From Acidimicrobiia bacterium (GTDB taxonomy: Bacteria > Actinomycetota > Acidimicrobiia > Spongiisociales > ZC4RG35), in NCBI GenBank assembly GCA_044867525.1, contig JBIOVB010000130.1:1-62081 (forward strand): 62,081 nucleotides of DNA, read 5' to 3'. The notes under the pieces were generated by a model. That model did not search any database, had not been told where the DNA came from, and worked only from the letters and a program-made list of their open reading frames with translations. The translations under genes and the position numbers were made by a program. This document shows, piece by piece, positions 26,036 through 35,569 of the stretch. Position 1 is the first letter of the stretch; every line of letters starts with the position of its first letter.

Positions 26036-26134
26036 ATGAGTATGAACACTCCAGGTAGAGACCACACCTCGATCGCCGCCTACGCACCGGCCGGTCTCCT
26101 GGTCCTCTATGTTCTGGTTCGGGCAATTTTCTGA
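26036..26134 (+). CDS. Putative 32-aa membrane microprotein (not in ORF track)
   Basis: MSMNTPGRDHTSIAAYAPAGLLVLYVLVRAIF*; hydrophobic C-terminus; fills the intergenic gap. Confidence 0.45.
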   Translation: MSMNTPGRDHTSIAAYAPAGLLVLYVLVRAIF

Positions 26135-26150
26135 GAACTACCGTTTGGTG

Positions 26151-26711
26151 ATGGCCCGACCAGAACAGCTCTTCTTCACCGACTCCGAACAAGCCAATCG
26201 ACTTCTCGCCAGTGACGGCCTGGCCCTCCTCATCGGGATGCTCCTCGATCAGCAGTTCCCGATGGAGCGCGCCTTCTACGGCCCCCAGTTGCTCAGTGAC
26301 CGCCTGGGAGAGCCCCTCGACGCCAAGCGAATCGCGGAGTGGAACCCGGAGGAGCTGGCGGCCATCTACAAGGGGCCACCGGCCATCCATCGCTATCCAG
26401 GTTCGATGGCCGGGCGCACCCAGGAGCTGTGCCGGGTGGTGGTCGAGGAATACGGGGGCCGGGCCGAGAACCTGTGGGAGACCGCATCGTCCGGCGCAGA
26501 GTTGCTGAAGCGTCTCCAGGCCCTTCCTGGGTTCGGCGTGGCCAAGTCGCGGATATTCGTCGGCCTTCTCGGGAAGCGGCTCGGGGTCCAACCCGAGGGG
26601 TGGGAGGAGAAGGCGGCCGACTGGCCGAGCATCGCCGACGTCGCCGGGTTCGATGATGTTGCCGTCCTTCGTGAGCAAAAGCGGGCGATGAAGGCCGAAA
26701 AAGGGACCTGA
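26151..26711 (+). CDS. HhH-GPD-type putative DNA glycosylase (actinobacterial family)
   Basis: LLIGMLLDQQFPMERAF, PAIHRYPGSMA, HhH LPGFGVAKS. Confidence 0.88.
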   Translation: MARPEQLFFTDSEQANRLLASDGLALLIGMLLDQQFPMERAFYGPQLLSDRLGEPLDAKRIAEWNPEELAAIYKGPPAIHRYPGSMAGRTQELCRVVVEEYGGRAENLWETASSGAELLKRLQALPGFGVAKSRIFVGLLGKRLGVQPEGWEEKAADWPSIADVAGFDDVAVLREQKRAMKAEKGT

Positions 26712-26773
26712 ACAGCCTCAACCTTCTCGATGGGCCTGCCGATATTGGGCGGAACAGGGACAGGGACCCATCC

Positions 26774-27646
26774 ATGGACGGACAGATGCATCTTTCGGGC
26801 CAGCTCTCTGACTGGAGCGTCAACGACCTCCTTCAGATCATGCAGGTCACCAAGAAGACCGGCTCCCTCGACGTCGAAGGCGACCGTCGCGCCCGCATCT
26901 TCTTCAGCGAAGGTCGGGTTACCGGCGCCGAGCTGACCGGGGCCAAGGGCAGCTATCTGGGCGGGGACCGCAGTGGCATCGCCGACATTCTCTATGTCAT
27001 CTCCGGCCTCGAGAGCGGCCAGTTCTCCGTGGGGCCTGCCGACGGCCCGGAAATCAAGGGCTGGACTGTCGAAGAGGTTCTCTCCGACGTCGAGGCTCTG
27101 CGCTCCCTCGAGGGCGAGGTCGTGGACGCCGGCCTGTTCGAGGCATCGGGCGTGCGGCTGGTCCACGAGATCGAGGCTCCGATCACCATCGCCCCCGATG
27201 ACTGGCATGCGCTCGTGACCCTGGTCCAGCCGTTCACGTTCAACCACCTCGAGACCAAATTCGGGCGAGGTACCGCGGTCCGGATCTTCCACACACTGCA
27301 CCGGCTTGGAATGGCCGAGGCGCTCGCCGCCGAGGACGGAGAATCCAACTGGCTCGATCGGCTCGCCGAAGACGTCGCCCCGGGAGCCGTGAACCCGGCC
27401 TGGATCGAGCATCTGCCCGAGACCGAGACCCCGGCGGCTGCGGTGGCCGAGCCCCCAGTCGAGGAGGCAGAGAAGGATCCGGAGCCGTTGGCGGTAGCCA
27501 AGGCCGCGGCACCTTCGCAAGGAGAGCACAAGGAGCACAAGGAAGGCGTCGAAGTCGTCGGGGTATCAGCTCCGGCCTCGACCACCCTCACTGACGGGGT
27601 CTACGACGAGATCCGTCGCCTGCGGAGCCGGGTAGCCGACAGGTAA
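26774..27646 (+). CDS. DUF4388 domain protein
   Basis: LSGQLSDWSVNDLLQ...KTGSL...IFFSEGRV...GQFS; acidic low-complexity tail. Confidence 0.8.
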   Translation: MDGQMHLSGQLSDWSVNDLLQIMQVTKKTGSLDVEGDRRARIFFSEGRVTGAELTGAKGSYLGGDRSGIADILYVISGLESGQFSVGPADGPEIKGWTVEEVLSDVEALRSLEGEVVDAGLFEASGVRLVHEIEAPITIAPDDWHALVTLVQPFTFNHLETKFGRGTAVRIFHTLHRLGMAEALAAEDGESNWLDRLAEDVAPGAVNPAWIEHLPETETPAAAVAEPPVEEAEKDPEPLAVAKAAAPSQGEHKEHKEGVEVVGVSAPASTTLTDGVYDEIRRLRSRVADR

Positions 27647-27658
27647 CGTCGCCGGGGC

Positions 27659-28294
27659 ATGCCCGAGCGCAGCCCCTGGAGGCAGGACCACCCCCTTTTC
27701 ATCGGGATCGCCGGAGGGTCGGGATCGGGTAAGACCACCATTGCCGAGTCTCTCGTCGAGCGTCTCGACGGCAAGGTCGCCATCATCCAGCACGACGCCT
27801 ACTACCGGCACATGCCCGATCTCTCCTTCGAAGAACGGACCAAGGTCAACTACGACCATCCGGCATCACTGGAGACGGAGCTTCTGGTCGAGCACTTGCT
27901 CGCCCTCCGCGCCGGGGTCCCGGTGGACCGGCCGGTATATGACTTCTCCGTCCATCTTCGAGCCGCGGAGACGGTTCGAATCGATCCCGCTCCGGTAGTG
28001 GTCATCGAGGGAATCCTGGTGCTGTCCGAGCCGGAGCTGCGGTCCGAGCTCGACCTCAAGATCTTTGTCGACACCGACTCCGATATCCGCCTCGCGCGCC
28101 GCCTGCAGCGTGACATCGAGGAGAGGGGGCGCACCGCCGAGTCGGTGGTCGCCCAATACTTCGACACGGTGCGGCCCATGCATCTCGCTTATGTGGAGAG
28201 CTCGAAGCGCTACGCCGATCTGATCATCCCCGAGGGTTACAACCCGCGGGCGGTGGCCACGGTGGTGGAGCTGATCCGCTCCCGGATCGGTTGA
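27659..28294 (+). CDS. udk: Uridine kinase
   Basis: GIAGGSGSGKTT, DAYY, NYDHP, EGIL, RDIEERGR, YADLIIP. Confidence 0.95.
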   Translation: MPERSPWRQDHPLFIGIAGGSGSGKTTIAESLVERLDGKVAIIQHDAYYRHMPDLSFEERTKVNYDHPASLETELLVEHLLALRAGVPVDRPVYDFSVHLRAAETVRIDPAPVVVIEGILVLSEPELRSELDLKIFVDTDSDIRLARRLQRDIEERGRTAESVVAQYFDTVRPMHLAYVESSKRYADLIIPEGYNPRAVATVVELIRSRIG

Positions 28295-28318
28295 ACCCTT
28301 CGCTCTCCGAGCCACCGC

Positions 28319-29548
28319 CTATCCGGCGGGCATCGGGGTCGCTTGGTCGAGGCGACGAATGACGCCGAAATAGGTGACGACACCGCAGAGCATGTAGAGG
28401 ATTCCTTGCGCGTTGAGCAGCGTCTTGACATCGATGTATCCGATCAGAAGACCGACGCCGAGGGAACCGACGATCGCTCCTGCTGATGCGGATGCGGAGA
28501 GCAGGCCTTGGAGTCGCCCAAGTGCCACCGGCGGGCAGAGGCGTTGCGCGGTGGTGGTTGCTCCAACCTGCGAAGTCATGTTGGGAAGCCCGCTGAGGGC
28601 AAAGAGGAGGAGAAAGACCCACAGAGCGGTCGTGATCGCGGTGATGTTGACGAAGACGAGAGCGACGGCACCCAGGCCGATGTAGCCCCACATCATGAGA
28701 TAAGTCGGATTGGCTCGGTTGCCGAGACGGCCGACGATCACTGCGGCGGCGATGCCGCCGAAGGCCGCCATGCCGCGAATAATTCCCACAGTGGACTCGT
28801 CTCCGCCGAGTATGTCGATGACAAACGCGATGAACAGCACCGGGAACATCGCGAACGTCAGCGAGGCCAAGGTTTCCGCGCCGAGATAGCCGGTGAGCCC
28901 AGCGTGCCGACGAACCTCGCGCAGACCAGCTCGCACACTTGCCGGAGCGCCGCCGGCCTCGTCGTCTATTGCGAGGCTTGCAGTGGGTGCTCGCACCAAA
29001 GTCGTCACGGCTGCCACCGCCAGGAACGAGATGGCATCGATCGCGACCACAGTCGCGAGCCCTCCCAACGCAACAGCGATTCCGCCGAGCGGCGAGCCGA
29101 TCAGCCGGGCAATCGACGATGCCGCGCTGTTTGCCGAGTTCGCGGTGACCAGCTGGTCACTTGGGACGATTCTGGGCACGATCGCAAACGACGCCGGGTT
29201 GTTGACTTGCGCGAGTACGCCCTGGATGCCTGCCACGAGAAACGCAGGCCAGATCCGATCGTTCGTGACGGCAAGCAGCGGAAGCATTCCTGCGGCCTGT
29301 GCGACATTGGTTGCGATGATCGTGCGACGGAGGTCCCACCGGTCGGTGAGACTTCCCCCGTACGGCCCGAACCCGATCCCGACAACGAGTTCAATGACCA
29401 CGATGGTCGCAGTTGCTCGCCCCGATCCGGTTTCGGTGTAGACGAATGCAGGCAGCGCGACCGCCAAGAGCCAGTCGCCCACGTTGTTGAGAAAGCCACC
29501 ACCGAGGACCAGCAGGAAGTCCCGATTCCGCCACAGGCTTCCCGACAT
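28319..29548 (-). CDS. MFS transporter
   Basis: LWRNRDF, GSLTDRWDLRR motif A, about 12 TM. Confidence 0.9.
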   Translation of the reverse strand: MSGSLWRNRDFLLVLGGGFLNNVGDWLLAVALPAFVYTETGSGRATATIVVIELVVGIGFGPYGGSLTDRWDLRRTIIATNVAQAAGMLPLLAVTNDRIWPAFLVAGIQGVLAQVNNPASFAIVPRIVPSDQLVTANSANSAASSIARLIGSPLGGIAVALGGLATVVAIDAISFLAVAAVTTLVRAPTASLAIDDEAGGAPASVRAGLREVRRHAGLTGYLGAETLASLTFAMFPVLFIAFVIDILGGDESTVGIIRGMAAFGGIAAAVIVGRLGNRANPTYLMMWGYIGLGAVALVFVNITAITTALWVFLLLFALSGLPNMTSQVGATTTAQRLCPPVALGRLQGLLSASASAGAIVGSLGVGLLIGYIDVKTLLNAQGILYMLCGVVTYFGVIRRLDQATPMPAG

Positions 29549-29665
29549 GGCGGCATGGTGTCACATCAGCATCATGCAGAAGGGTGCGTTTTTCCTTGGC
29601 TGCCACTCCGGTGGGTGCGCCTCATGCCCCTCGAGCGGTGCGATGTATCTCCATATACTCGCCCG

Positions 29666-30475
29666 ATGTCCGGACGCGCCTCTGTGGCGATCATCGGCGT
29701 CGGAGCGATGGGCGAGGCACTGATGTCAGGCCTGCTTCGCGCGGGCTGGGCCCCCGGTGAGATCTCATTGTGTGTGCGCCGCCAGGAGCGCGTCGATCAG
29801 CTTTCCGCCACGGGCTGTGTAGTGGTTACCGATCCCACGGCGGCGCTCGATGGCCGTCAGGCCGTCGTGATCGCGGTCAAACCCGCCGATGTCCCCTCAC
29901 TTCTCGAGCGGCTCGCGGGCCGGGTGGGCCCAGAGCACACCGTCATCTCCCTCGCTGCCGGGGTGACCACCGACTCGTACGAGGAACGGCTGGGGGCGGT
30001 GCCGGTGGTGCGGGCAATGCCCAACACCCCGGCCCTAGTTGGAGAGAGCGTGACCGGGATCGCTTCCGGGGCCCACGCCGGTTCCGATCACCTGGAGATC
30101 GCGGGTCAGGTACTGGGTGCGGTCGGGTCGGTCCGGATCATGGAAGAGGCTCTTCTCGATGCGGTCACCGCGGTCTCGGGCACCGGCCCCGCCTACGTCT
30201 TCCTGCTCGCCGAAGCCCTGACCGAGGCCGCGGTCCGCGAAGGCCTTCCCAGGGACATCGCCGAGGGATTCGTCCACCAGACCATCCGTGGGGCAGGCCA
30301 TCTCCTCACCAACACCGGCAAGACACCTGCGGAGCTGCGCTCTCAGGTCACCTCGCCCGGCGGCACCACGGCCGCTGCTGTGCACGTCCTCGAGGAGCGT
30401 GGCTTCAGAGCGCTCGTGGAGGACGCGGTGCGGGCAGCCGCGAAGCGTTCGTCAGAGCTCGGTGGGAAGAGCTGA
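29666..30475 (+). CDS. proC: Pyrroline-5-carboxylate reductase
   Basis: IGVGAMG, AVKP, RAMPNTP, SGTGPAY, VTSPGGTT; start ATG 29666 after TATACT. Confidence 0.95.
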   Translation: MSGRASVAIIGVGAMGEALMSGLLRAGWAPGEISLCVRRQERVDQLSATGCVVVTDPTAALDGRQAVVIAVKPADVPSLLERLAGRVGPEHTVISLAAGVTTDSYEERLGAVPVVRAMPNTPALVGESVTGIASGAHAGSDHLEIAGQVLGAVGSVRIMEEALLDAVTAVSGTGPAYVFLLAEALTEAAVREGLPRDIAEGFVHQTIRGAGHLLTNTGKTPAELRSQVTSPGGTTAAAVHVLEERGFRALVEDAVRAAAKRSSELGGKS

Positions 30476-30484
30476 CCGGAGCTG

Positions 30485-30709
30485 TCACGCCGCCTCGTTC
30501 AGGTCCTCGACAGTGGCGACCGGGTGTTCGACCAAGCGGACTCCGATCGCGATGAGACGGAACCCGACGGCTCCCCGGATCGTGCGCCGCCGCCGGGCTC
30601 GGGCCTGATCTGCTGCGCGAATCGCCTGGCGCATCGGGCGCAGCTGAGCCCGCTGGAGCGCGGTGTCGTGGTGATCGTGGACCAGCTCCCGATACATGAA
30701 TGGGCTCAT
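30485..30709 (-). CDS. Small hypothetical protein coupled to the ArsR-type regulator
   Basis: ATGA overlap with the regulator stop; Arg-rich, ends GFRLIAIGVRL. Confidence 0.6.
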   Translation of the reverse strand: MSPFMYRELVHDHHDTALQRAQLRPMRQAIRAADQARARRRRTIRGAVGFRLIAIGVRLVEHPVATVEDLNEAA

Positions 30710-31842
30710 CCCGCTTCTCCTCGGGTCGAGCCCCGCGTGTTCGTCCTCACATAGCTGTCGAGCAGGTTTCCAGCGTTGATCAGCGGCTGTTCCCGAAGGG
30801 CGTAGGTCTTGGTCTCGTGCTTGCCGGCCCCCTTCTCCGCGCTCAGGTGGACTCGGACAAGTCCGGCAGCGCGAAGCACCGAGATGTGGTGATGCACCGT
30901 CGACTTGGAGAGTCCGAGCAGATCGGTCAGCTCGTCGAGGGTGGTCTCACCCTCCGATAACCGGCGCAGTATTCGCAGTCGGCGCTCGTCGCTGAGCGCC
31001 TTGTAGGTGCGGACCATCCATGAGGGAGGGGCCTCGGGGTCGGAGCCGAGGAACTCGTCGGCCACGGCATAGAAGACGAGGAGCGTGTCCCGGAACTGGT
31101 CGATCAGCGACAGCGGCTTGAGCACCACTGAGGGGATGAGGATCACCCTGGTCACACCGAGAGGGATCTCGTAGTCGAGCCCGTTGGTGACCTCCTCGAT
31201 CACCGTCTTGGCATCGTCGAGGTTGGCGGTGGCCCGCCTGGCGAGAGATGCCTTTCCAATGGCCGCCGCAAACTGCTCTTCCTCTGTGGCGAGGACTTCG
31301 GTGCGGAAACGGCTGAGACAGGCCACCATTCGGTCGCGGTGATCCCCGGGCTCGATCTGGAGTAGGGCGTGGATCGCGGATCGTGTCTCGTCGTCGTATT
31401 CCTCGCCGATCAGCGACTCCAGCGCATCGAGGCTCCCCTCTGCGGCTTCATCGACGAGCCCGCTGTGCCGGAAGTGATCCACGTATCCCAGCATCCATCT
31501 GCGAAGACGCGGCGCGTCGACTTTGCCCAGCCAGTCGATGACTCGGTCTGGGTCGTGGGGATGAGGGGAGCTGGCGGCGAGGCCGGCGAGGCCGAGCCAC
31601 GCGAGGCAGCCTGGCCCACCAACTGCCCGGATCTCGTCGGCGAGGCCCGCTGGCGTCCTCTCCTCGATCGACTCGAACCACTCGGTGCCAAGGTCGAACC
31701 CGTGTGGATCCTCCTTGGGATTGAACGTGGCCCAAATGGTGAGCATGAGGTCGTAAATCACCGCCCCGTCGTCCTCGATGGGGATGCGCCGGGCGGCCGT
31801 GGTCAGATCCCGGACCTTCGGCGTGGCTGATGTTTCGATCAT
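30706..31842 (-). CDS. ArsR-type wHTH regulator with large N-terminal domain
   Basis: C-terminal KALSDERRLRIL...LSKSTVHHHISVLRAAGLV; start MIETS after CAGGA. Confidence 0.88.
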   Translation of the reverse strand: MIETSATPKVRDLTTAARRIPIEDDGAVIYDLMLTIWATFNPKEDPHGFDLGTEWFESIEERTPAGLADEIRAVGGPGCLAWLGLAGLAASSPHPHDPDRVIDWLGKVDAPRLRRWMLGYVDHFRHSGLVDEAAEGSLDALESLIGEEYDDETRSAIHALLQIEPGDHRDRMVACLSRFRTEVLATEEEQFAAAIGKASLARRATANLDDAKTVIEEVTNGLDYEIPLGVTRVILIPSVVLKPLSLIDQFRDTLLVFYAVADEFLGSDPEAPPSWMVRTYKALSDERRLRILRRLSEGETTLDELTDLLGLSKSTVHHHISVLRAAGLVRVHLSAEKGAGKHETKTYALREQPLINAGNLLDSYVRTNTRGSTRGEAG

Positions 31843-31861
31843 GTTCGTTTCCTGAGGAGCG

Positions 31862-31934
31862 ATTCGATGATTGTCGAATGGACTATATATTCGAGAATAA
31901 TCGAATGTCAACCGTGATTCGACATCGATCGAAA
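31862..31934. promoter_or_regulatory. Three palindromic operators ATTCGA-N6-TCGAA(T/A) over a minus-strand TTGACA-N18-TATAGT promoter
   Basis: Copies at 31862-31879, 31889-31906 and 31917-31934. Confidence 0.82.
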
Positions 31935-31982
31935 CCGGCCAAGGATCGGGCAAGTGGTGGGGCACTTCTACACTCGCCGGTC

Positions 31983-34187
31983 ATGGCCCTCACCGAGGAG
32001 CGACAGGCGGAAGCAACGGGTCGTCGCCCGCCTCTCTCCCAGATCATCGAGGGTGTGGGAATCGCCGGCGCTCTGGGCACATTGGCCCTCGGCCTGTTGG
32101 GCACACTTCCCGAGGAGACGGACTTCGAGGTGGGCCGGGCCGTTTTTGGCAACATTCCCGAAGCGTTGGTGCTGATCTTCTACGTCACCGTCGCCGTCTT
32201 CATCTGGATCTCGTTCCATCTCCTGGCAAGGCGTGCGGCCTCATGGCAACTTGGCCGTCCCGAGCGGCGCCTGGGGAATTGGGGGCGTCGCATTCGCGAC
32301 CTCGACGCTGGCCTTCGGATGAAGACTCTGATGCGCGACCCGCGAGCCGGGGTCATGCACTCGATGATCTACTACGGGTTCATCGTCCTCTTCCTGGGAA
32401 CCGTCACTCTCGAGATCGACCATCTGCTCCCGGCCGATCTCAAGTTCCTCCACGGCGTGGTCTATCAGGGGTACTCCGCGATCCTCGACCTCGCTTCCCT
32501 GGTGTATCTGGGTGGGCTGGCCCTCGCCATCGGCAACCGATACCTATTCCCCCAGCGCCGGATCAGGACCAAGACCAAACCGGAGGACGGGTTGATCCTG
32601 GGTCTGCTGATCCTGCTCGGGGCGGGAGGTCTCCTCACCGAGGCGGCGCGAATCTCCCTTGCGGGAATGCCCGACTTCGAGGTCTGGTCGTTCGTGGGCC
32701 GCCCCCTGGCCGCCCTCATACCCACCGACTCGGCGGCCGAGCTCCATCGTGTGTTCTGGGTAACCCACGTTCTCTCCTTCGTGGCTTTCCTCGTGGTGCT
32801 CCCGGTGACCAAGTTGCGCCACATGGTCACCAGCCCGACCAACCTGTTCCTCTCCGCCCGGGAGCGCCCGAAAGGGGCGATGCGAGAGATGCCCAACCTG
32901 CTCGAGGCCGAAGACATCGAGACGATCGGCGCCTCGATGGCCACCGATCTCACCTGGAAGCAGATCTTCGATACCGACGCCTGCACCATCTGCGGGCGGT
33001 GCACATCGGTGTGCCCGGCCAACATCACGGGCAAACCACTCGATCCGCGGGAGATCGTCCTCAAGACGGGCGAGGTGGCTTCTGCCGCGGCAGCGATTTC
33101 GCCGCCGGTTTCCACGCTCGCGGTTCTCGATGGCGGCGGCTCGCTGTTCGAGCGGGTGCGGCCAGAGGAGGTGTTCGCCTGCACCACGTGCCGCGCCTGT
33201 GACGAGATCTGTCCGGTGAACATCGAGATAATGGACCGGATCCTCGACATGCGTCGTCATCTCACCCTGATGGAGTCCGAGTTCCCGACCGAGTTGGGTA
33301 AGGCCTTCGTCGCCATGGAGAACCAATCCAATCCGTGGGGGATGAGTCAGCAGAACCGGGCGGTGTGGACTCGCGAGCTCGACTTCGAGGTCCCCGTCTT
33401 CGGCGAAAACGGGAAGACCACCGCCGAGTACCTGTGGTTCGTGGGCTGCGCAGGGTCGTTCGACGACCGGAACACCGCGGTCTCCGTTGCCCTGGCCCGC
33501 CTCCTCCACCACGCAGGCATCGACTTCGCCATCCTCGGCAGCGCCGAGGTCTGCAATGGCGACCCGGCTCGGCGTGCCGGCAACGAATTCGTCTTCCAGC
33601 AGCTGGCGCTACAGAACATCTCCACTTTCGACGAGATCGGGGTGACCAGGGTGATCACCCAATGCGCCCACTGCTTCAACACGATCGCCAACGAGTATCC
33701 CCAATTCGGGGGCAACTACCAGGTGGTCCACCATTCCCAGCTCCTGGCCGAGCTCCTGGCCCAGGGTCGGCTCCCGGTCCCATCCCGCGCCGATGGCCGG
33801 CCCAAGAAGATCGCATATCACGACCCGTGTTACTTGGGTCGGCACAACGACATCTACCTGGCTCCCCGCAATGTGATTGGAGCATCGGGTGACATCGAGG
33901 TCGTGGAGATGCCGAGGCATGGCACCCGCGCTTTGTGCTGCGGCGCCGGGGGAGCCCGGTTCTGGATGGAGGAGCAGACAGGCAAGAAGGTGAACATCGA
34001 GCGTGCCGAGGAGGCGCTGGCAACCGAGGCCGATGAGATCGCGGTGGCCTGTCCTTTCTGTTATGTGATGCTCGACGACGGGGTCAAGGAACTTGGTCGT
34101 CCGGATGTGCCCGTGAGGGACCTTGCGATGATCCTCGCCGACGGGGTGGCGCTCACGGAGCCCGGAGAGAACCGATCCGACGGTTAG
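31983..34187 (+). CDS. Membrane Fe-S oxidoreductase (FadF/EtfD/HdrD-like: TM, 2x4Fe-4S, 2 CCG domains)
   Basis: CTICGRCTSVCP, CTTCRACDEICP, CAHC, YHDPCYLGR, CCGAGG, ACPFC. Confidence 0.92.
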   Translation: MALTEERQAEATGRRPPLSQIIEGVGIAGALGTLALGLLGTLPEETDFEVGRAVFGNIPEALVLIFYVTVAVFIWISFHLLARRAASWQLGRPERRLGNWGRRIRDLDAGLRMKTLMRDPRAGVMHSMIYYGFIVLFLGTVTLEIDHLLPADLKFLHGVVYQGYSAILDLASLVYLGGLALAIGNRYLFPQRRIRTKTKPEDGLILGLLILLGAGGLLTEAARISLAGMPDFEVWSFVGRPLAALIPTDSAAELHRVFWVTHVLSFVAFLVVLPVTKLRHMVTSPTNLFLSARERPKGAMREMPNLLEAEDIETIGASMATDLTWKQIFDTDACTICGRCTSVCPANITGKPLDPREIVLKTGEVASAAAAISPPVSTLAVLDGGGSLFERVRPEEVFACTTCRACDEICPVNIEIMDRILDMRRHLTLMESEFPTELGKAFVAMENQSNPWGMSQQNRAVWTRELDFEVPVFGENGKTTAEYLWFVGCAGSFDDRNTAVSVALARLLHHAGIDFAILGSAEVCNGDPARRAGNEFVFQQLALQNISTFDEIGVTRVITQCAHCFNTIANEYPQFGGNYQVVHHSQLLAELLAQGRLPVPSRADGRPKKIAYHDPCYLGRHNDIYLAPRNVIGASGDIEVVEMPRHGTRALCCGAGGARFWMEEQTGKKVNIERAEEALATEADEIAVACPFCYVMLDDGVKELGRPDVPVRDLAMILADGVALTEPGENRSDG

Positions 34188-34735
34188 TCGCGTTCCTGGT
34201 GCTCGTTGCCGTCGCAGCAGCCTGCACCCCGGGTCTCGGCGGGCCCTCTGGCACCGGCCCGGGGGCAACGACCACCACCGCGCCGCCTACCACGACGACG
34301 ACCGTTGTGGCTGCGGTGGCGATCGAAGAGTTCCGCGCCTGTCTCGCCGAGCGTGGGGTGGAGATCGAGGAGGTCCCGTTCGACGCAACGGGGCGGCCCC
34401 GACTCGACCTGGTGATCGTGGCCCTGGACCTGAGCGACCCGGCGGTGGCCGAGGCTCTTTCCCACTGCTCGGAGAGCCTCAACACCGGTGCCCTCGACCT
34501 CGGCTCGGAGGATCGCCTGCGAGCCGAGATCCTCGCCGGCCTCGAGGATTTCAGCCGCTGCATGCGGGCGTGGGGCGTCGAGGATTTCCCGGACCCGGTT
34601 CCCGGATTCTCCGGGGTAGGCGCCCCGTTCTCCGTAGCCGAGATCCCATACTCGGACCCGGACCTGGAGACTGCCGCCGACGCATGCCGGGACAGTGTCC
34701 TGGGGAGCCTCCCCGGGCTGGGGACTGATCTCTGA
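34175..34735 (+). CDS. Hypothetical lipoprotein with two C-x-x-x-x-GV modules
   Basis: AAAC lipobox, [26 protein letters not shown]; start is GTG 34199 or ATC 34175. Confidence 0.7.
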   Translation: MRRLVAFLVLVAVAAACTPGLGGPSGTGPGATTTTAPPTTTTTVVAAVAIEEFRACLAERGVEIEEVPFDATGRPRLDLVIVALDLSDPAVAEALSHCSESLNTGALDLGSEDRLRAEILAGLEDFSRCMRAWGVEDFPDPVPGFSGVGAPFSVAEIPYSDPDLETAADACRDSVLGSLPGLGTDL

Positions 34736-34751
34736 CCGGCGTACGATTGAC

Positions 34752-35039
34752 ATGGTGACGACCCGACCGGCACCGGTGGTCATCCCCGACACCGACGAGA
34801 GCGTCGACGTCGACCGGCCGTGGCAGGTCATCGTGTGGAACGACCCCGTGAACACCATGTCCTACGTGGTGTACGTGTTCCGCAAGCTCTTCGGCTACGA
34901 CGAGGAAAAAGCGACCCATCTCATGCTTCAGGTGCATTTCGAGGGCCGAGCCAGCGTGTCCGACGGCCCCAGGGAGAGGGCGGAGGTGGACTGCTATCGG
35001 CTCCACAGCCACGGTTTATGGGCCACGATCGAGCAATGA
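34752..35039 (+). CDS. clpS: ATP-dependent Clp protease adaptor ClpS
   Basis: [30 protein letters not shown]. Confidence 0.95.
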   Translation: MVTTRPAPVVIPDTDESVDVDRPWQVIVWNDPVNTMSYVVYVFRKLFGYDEEKATHLMLQVHFEGRASVSDGPRERAEVDCYRLHSHGLWATIEQ

Positions 35040-35497
35040 GCCGGGAGGGGATCCGCTACAAGAACGGCGCGGTCGTTGTCCAACTCTCTGCCAACGAGCG
35101 GGAGTTTCTTGGTGACGTCCTCGACCTCCTCTCCACGATCCCTGCCACGGGGGAGGACCCGGCGACGAAGCGGCTTCATGTCCCCGTGTATCTCGACGAC
35201 CCCGAGGCCAACGACGAATGGTGGCGGCTGATGGGAGACGAGTTGTCCACCGCGCGGATCTCAGACCGGGCTGTGTTCGGCCGGGTGGTCGAGGCCCGGG
35301 GCAAGACCGAGCTGACAGTGGATGAGGCAGATGCCTTCCTCCGGGTCCTCAACGAGGGGCGCCTCGCCCTCGGCGCTCGGTTCGGCCTCGAAGTGGAAGA
35401 CGACCACGACCGGCTTCCCGAGGAGCAACGCCAGGTGATGGACTACCTGGGTTGGATCCTGGAGGAGATGACCTCCGCTCTCACCGCCGCGCTCTGA
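35036..35497 (+). CDS. DUF2017 family protein
   Basis: [24 protein letters not shown]; ATGA-coupled to clpS as typical in Actinobacteria. Confidence 0.85.
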   Translation: MSREGIRYKNGAVVVQLSANEREFLGDVLDLLSTIPATGEDPATKRLHVPVYLDDPEANDEWWRLMGDELSTARISDRAVFGRVVEARGKTELTVDEADAFLRVLNEGRLALGARFGLEVEDDHDRLPEEQRQVMDYLGWILEEMTSALTAAL

Positions 35498-35569
35498 CTG
35501 CGACCGGCGGAGTAGGTTGCGAAGGGCACTGAACTCCGAGCGCCCCGACACGCGTAAGGGCGGCGGGAG

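Noticed and set aside
28508-29665. 655-aa ProC with long N-terminal extension
   Set aside because: Extension is the antisense shadow of the MFS gene; TATACT precedes ATG 29666
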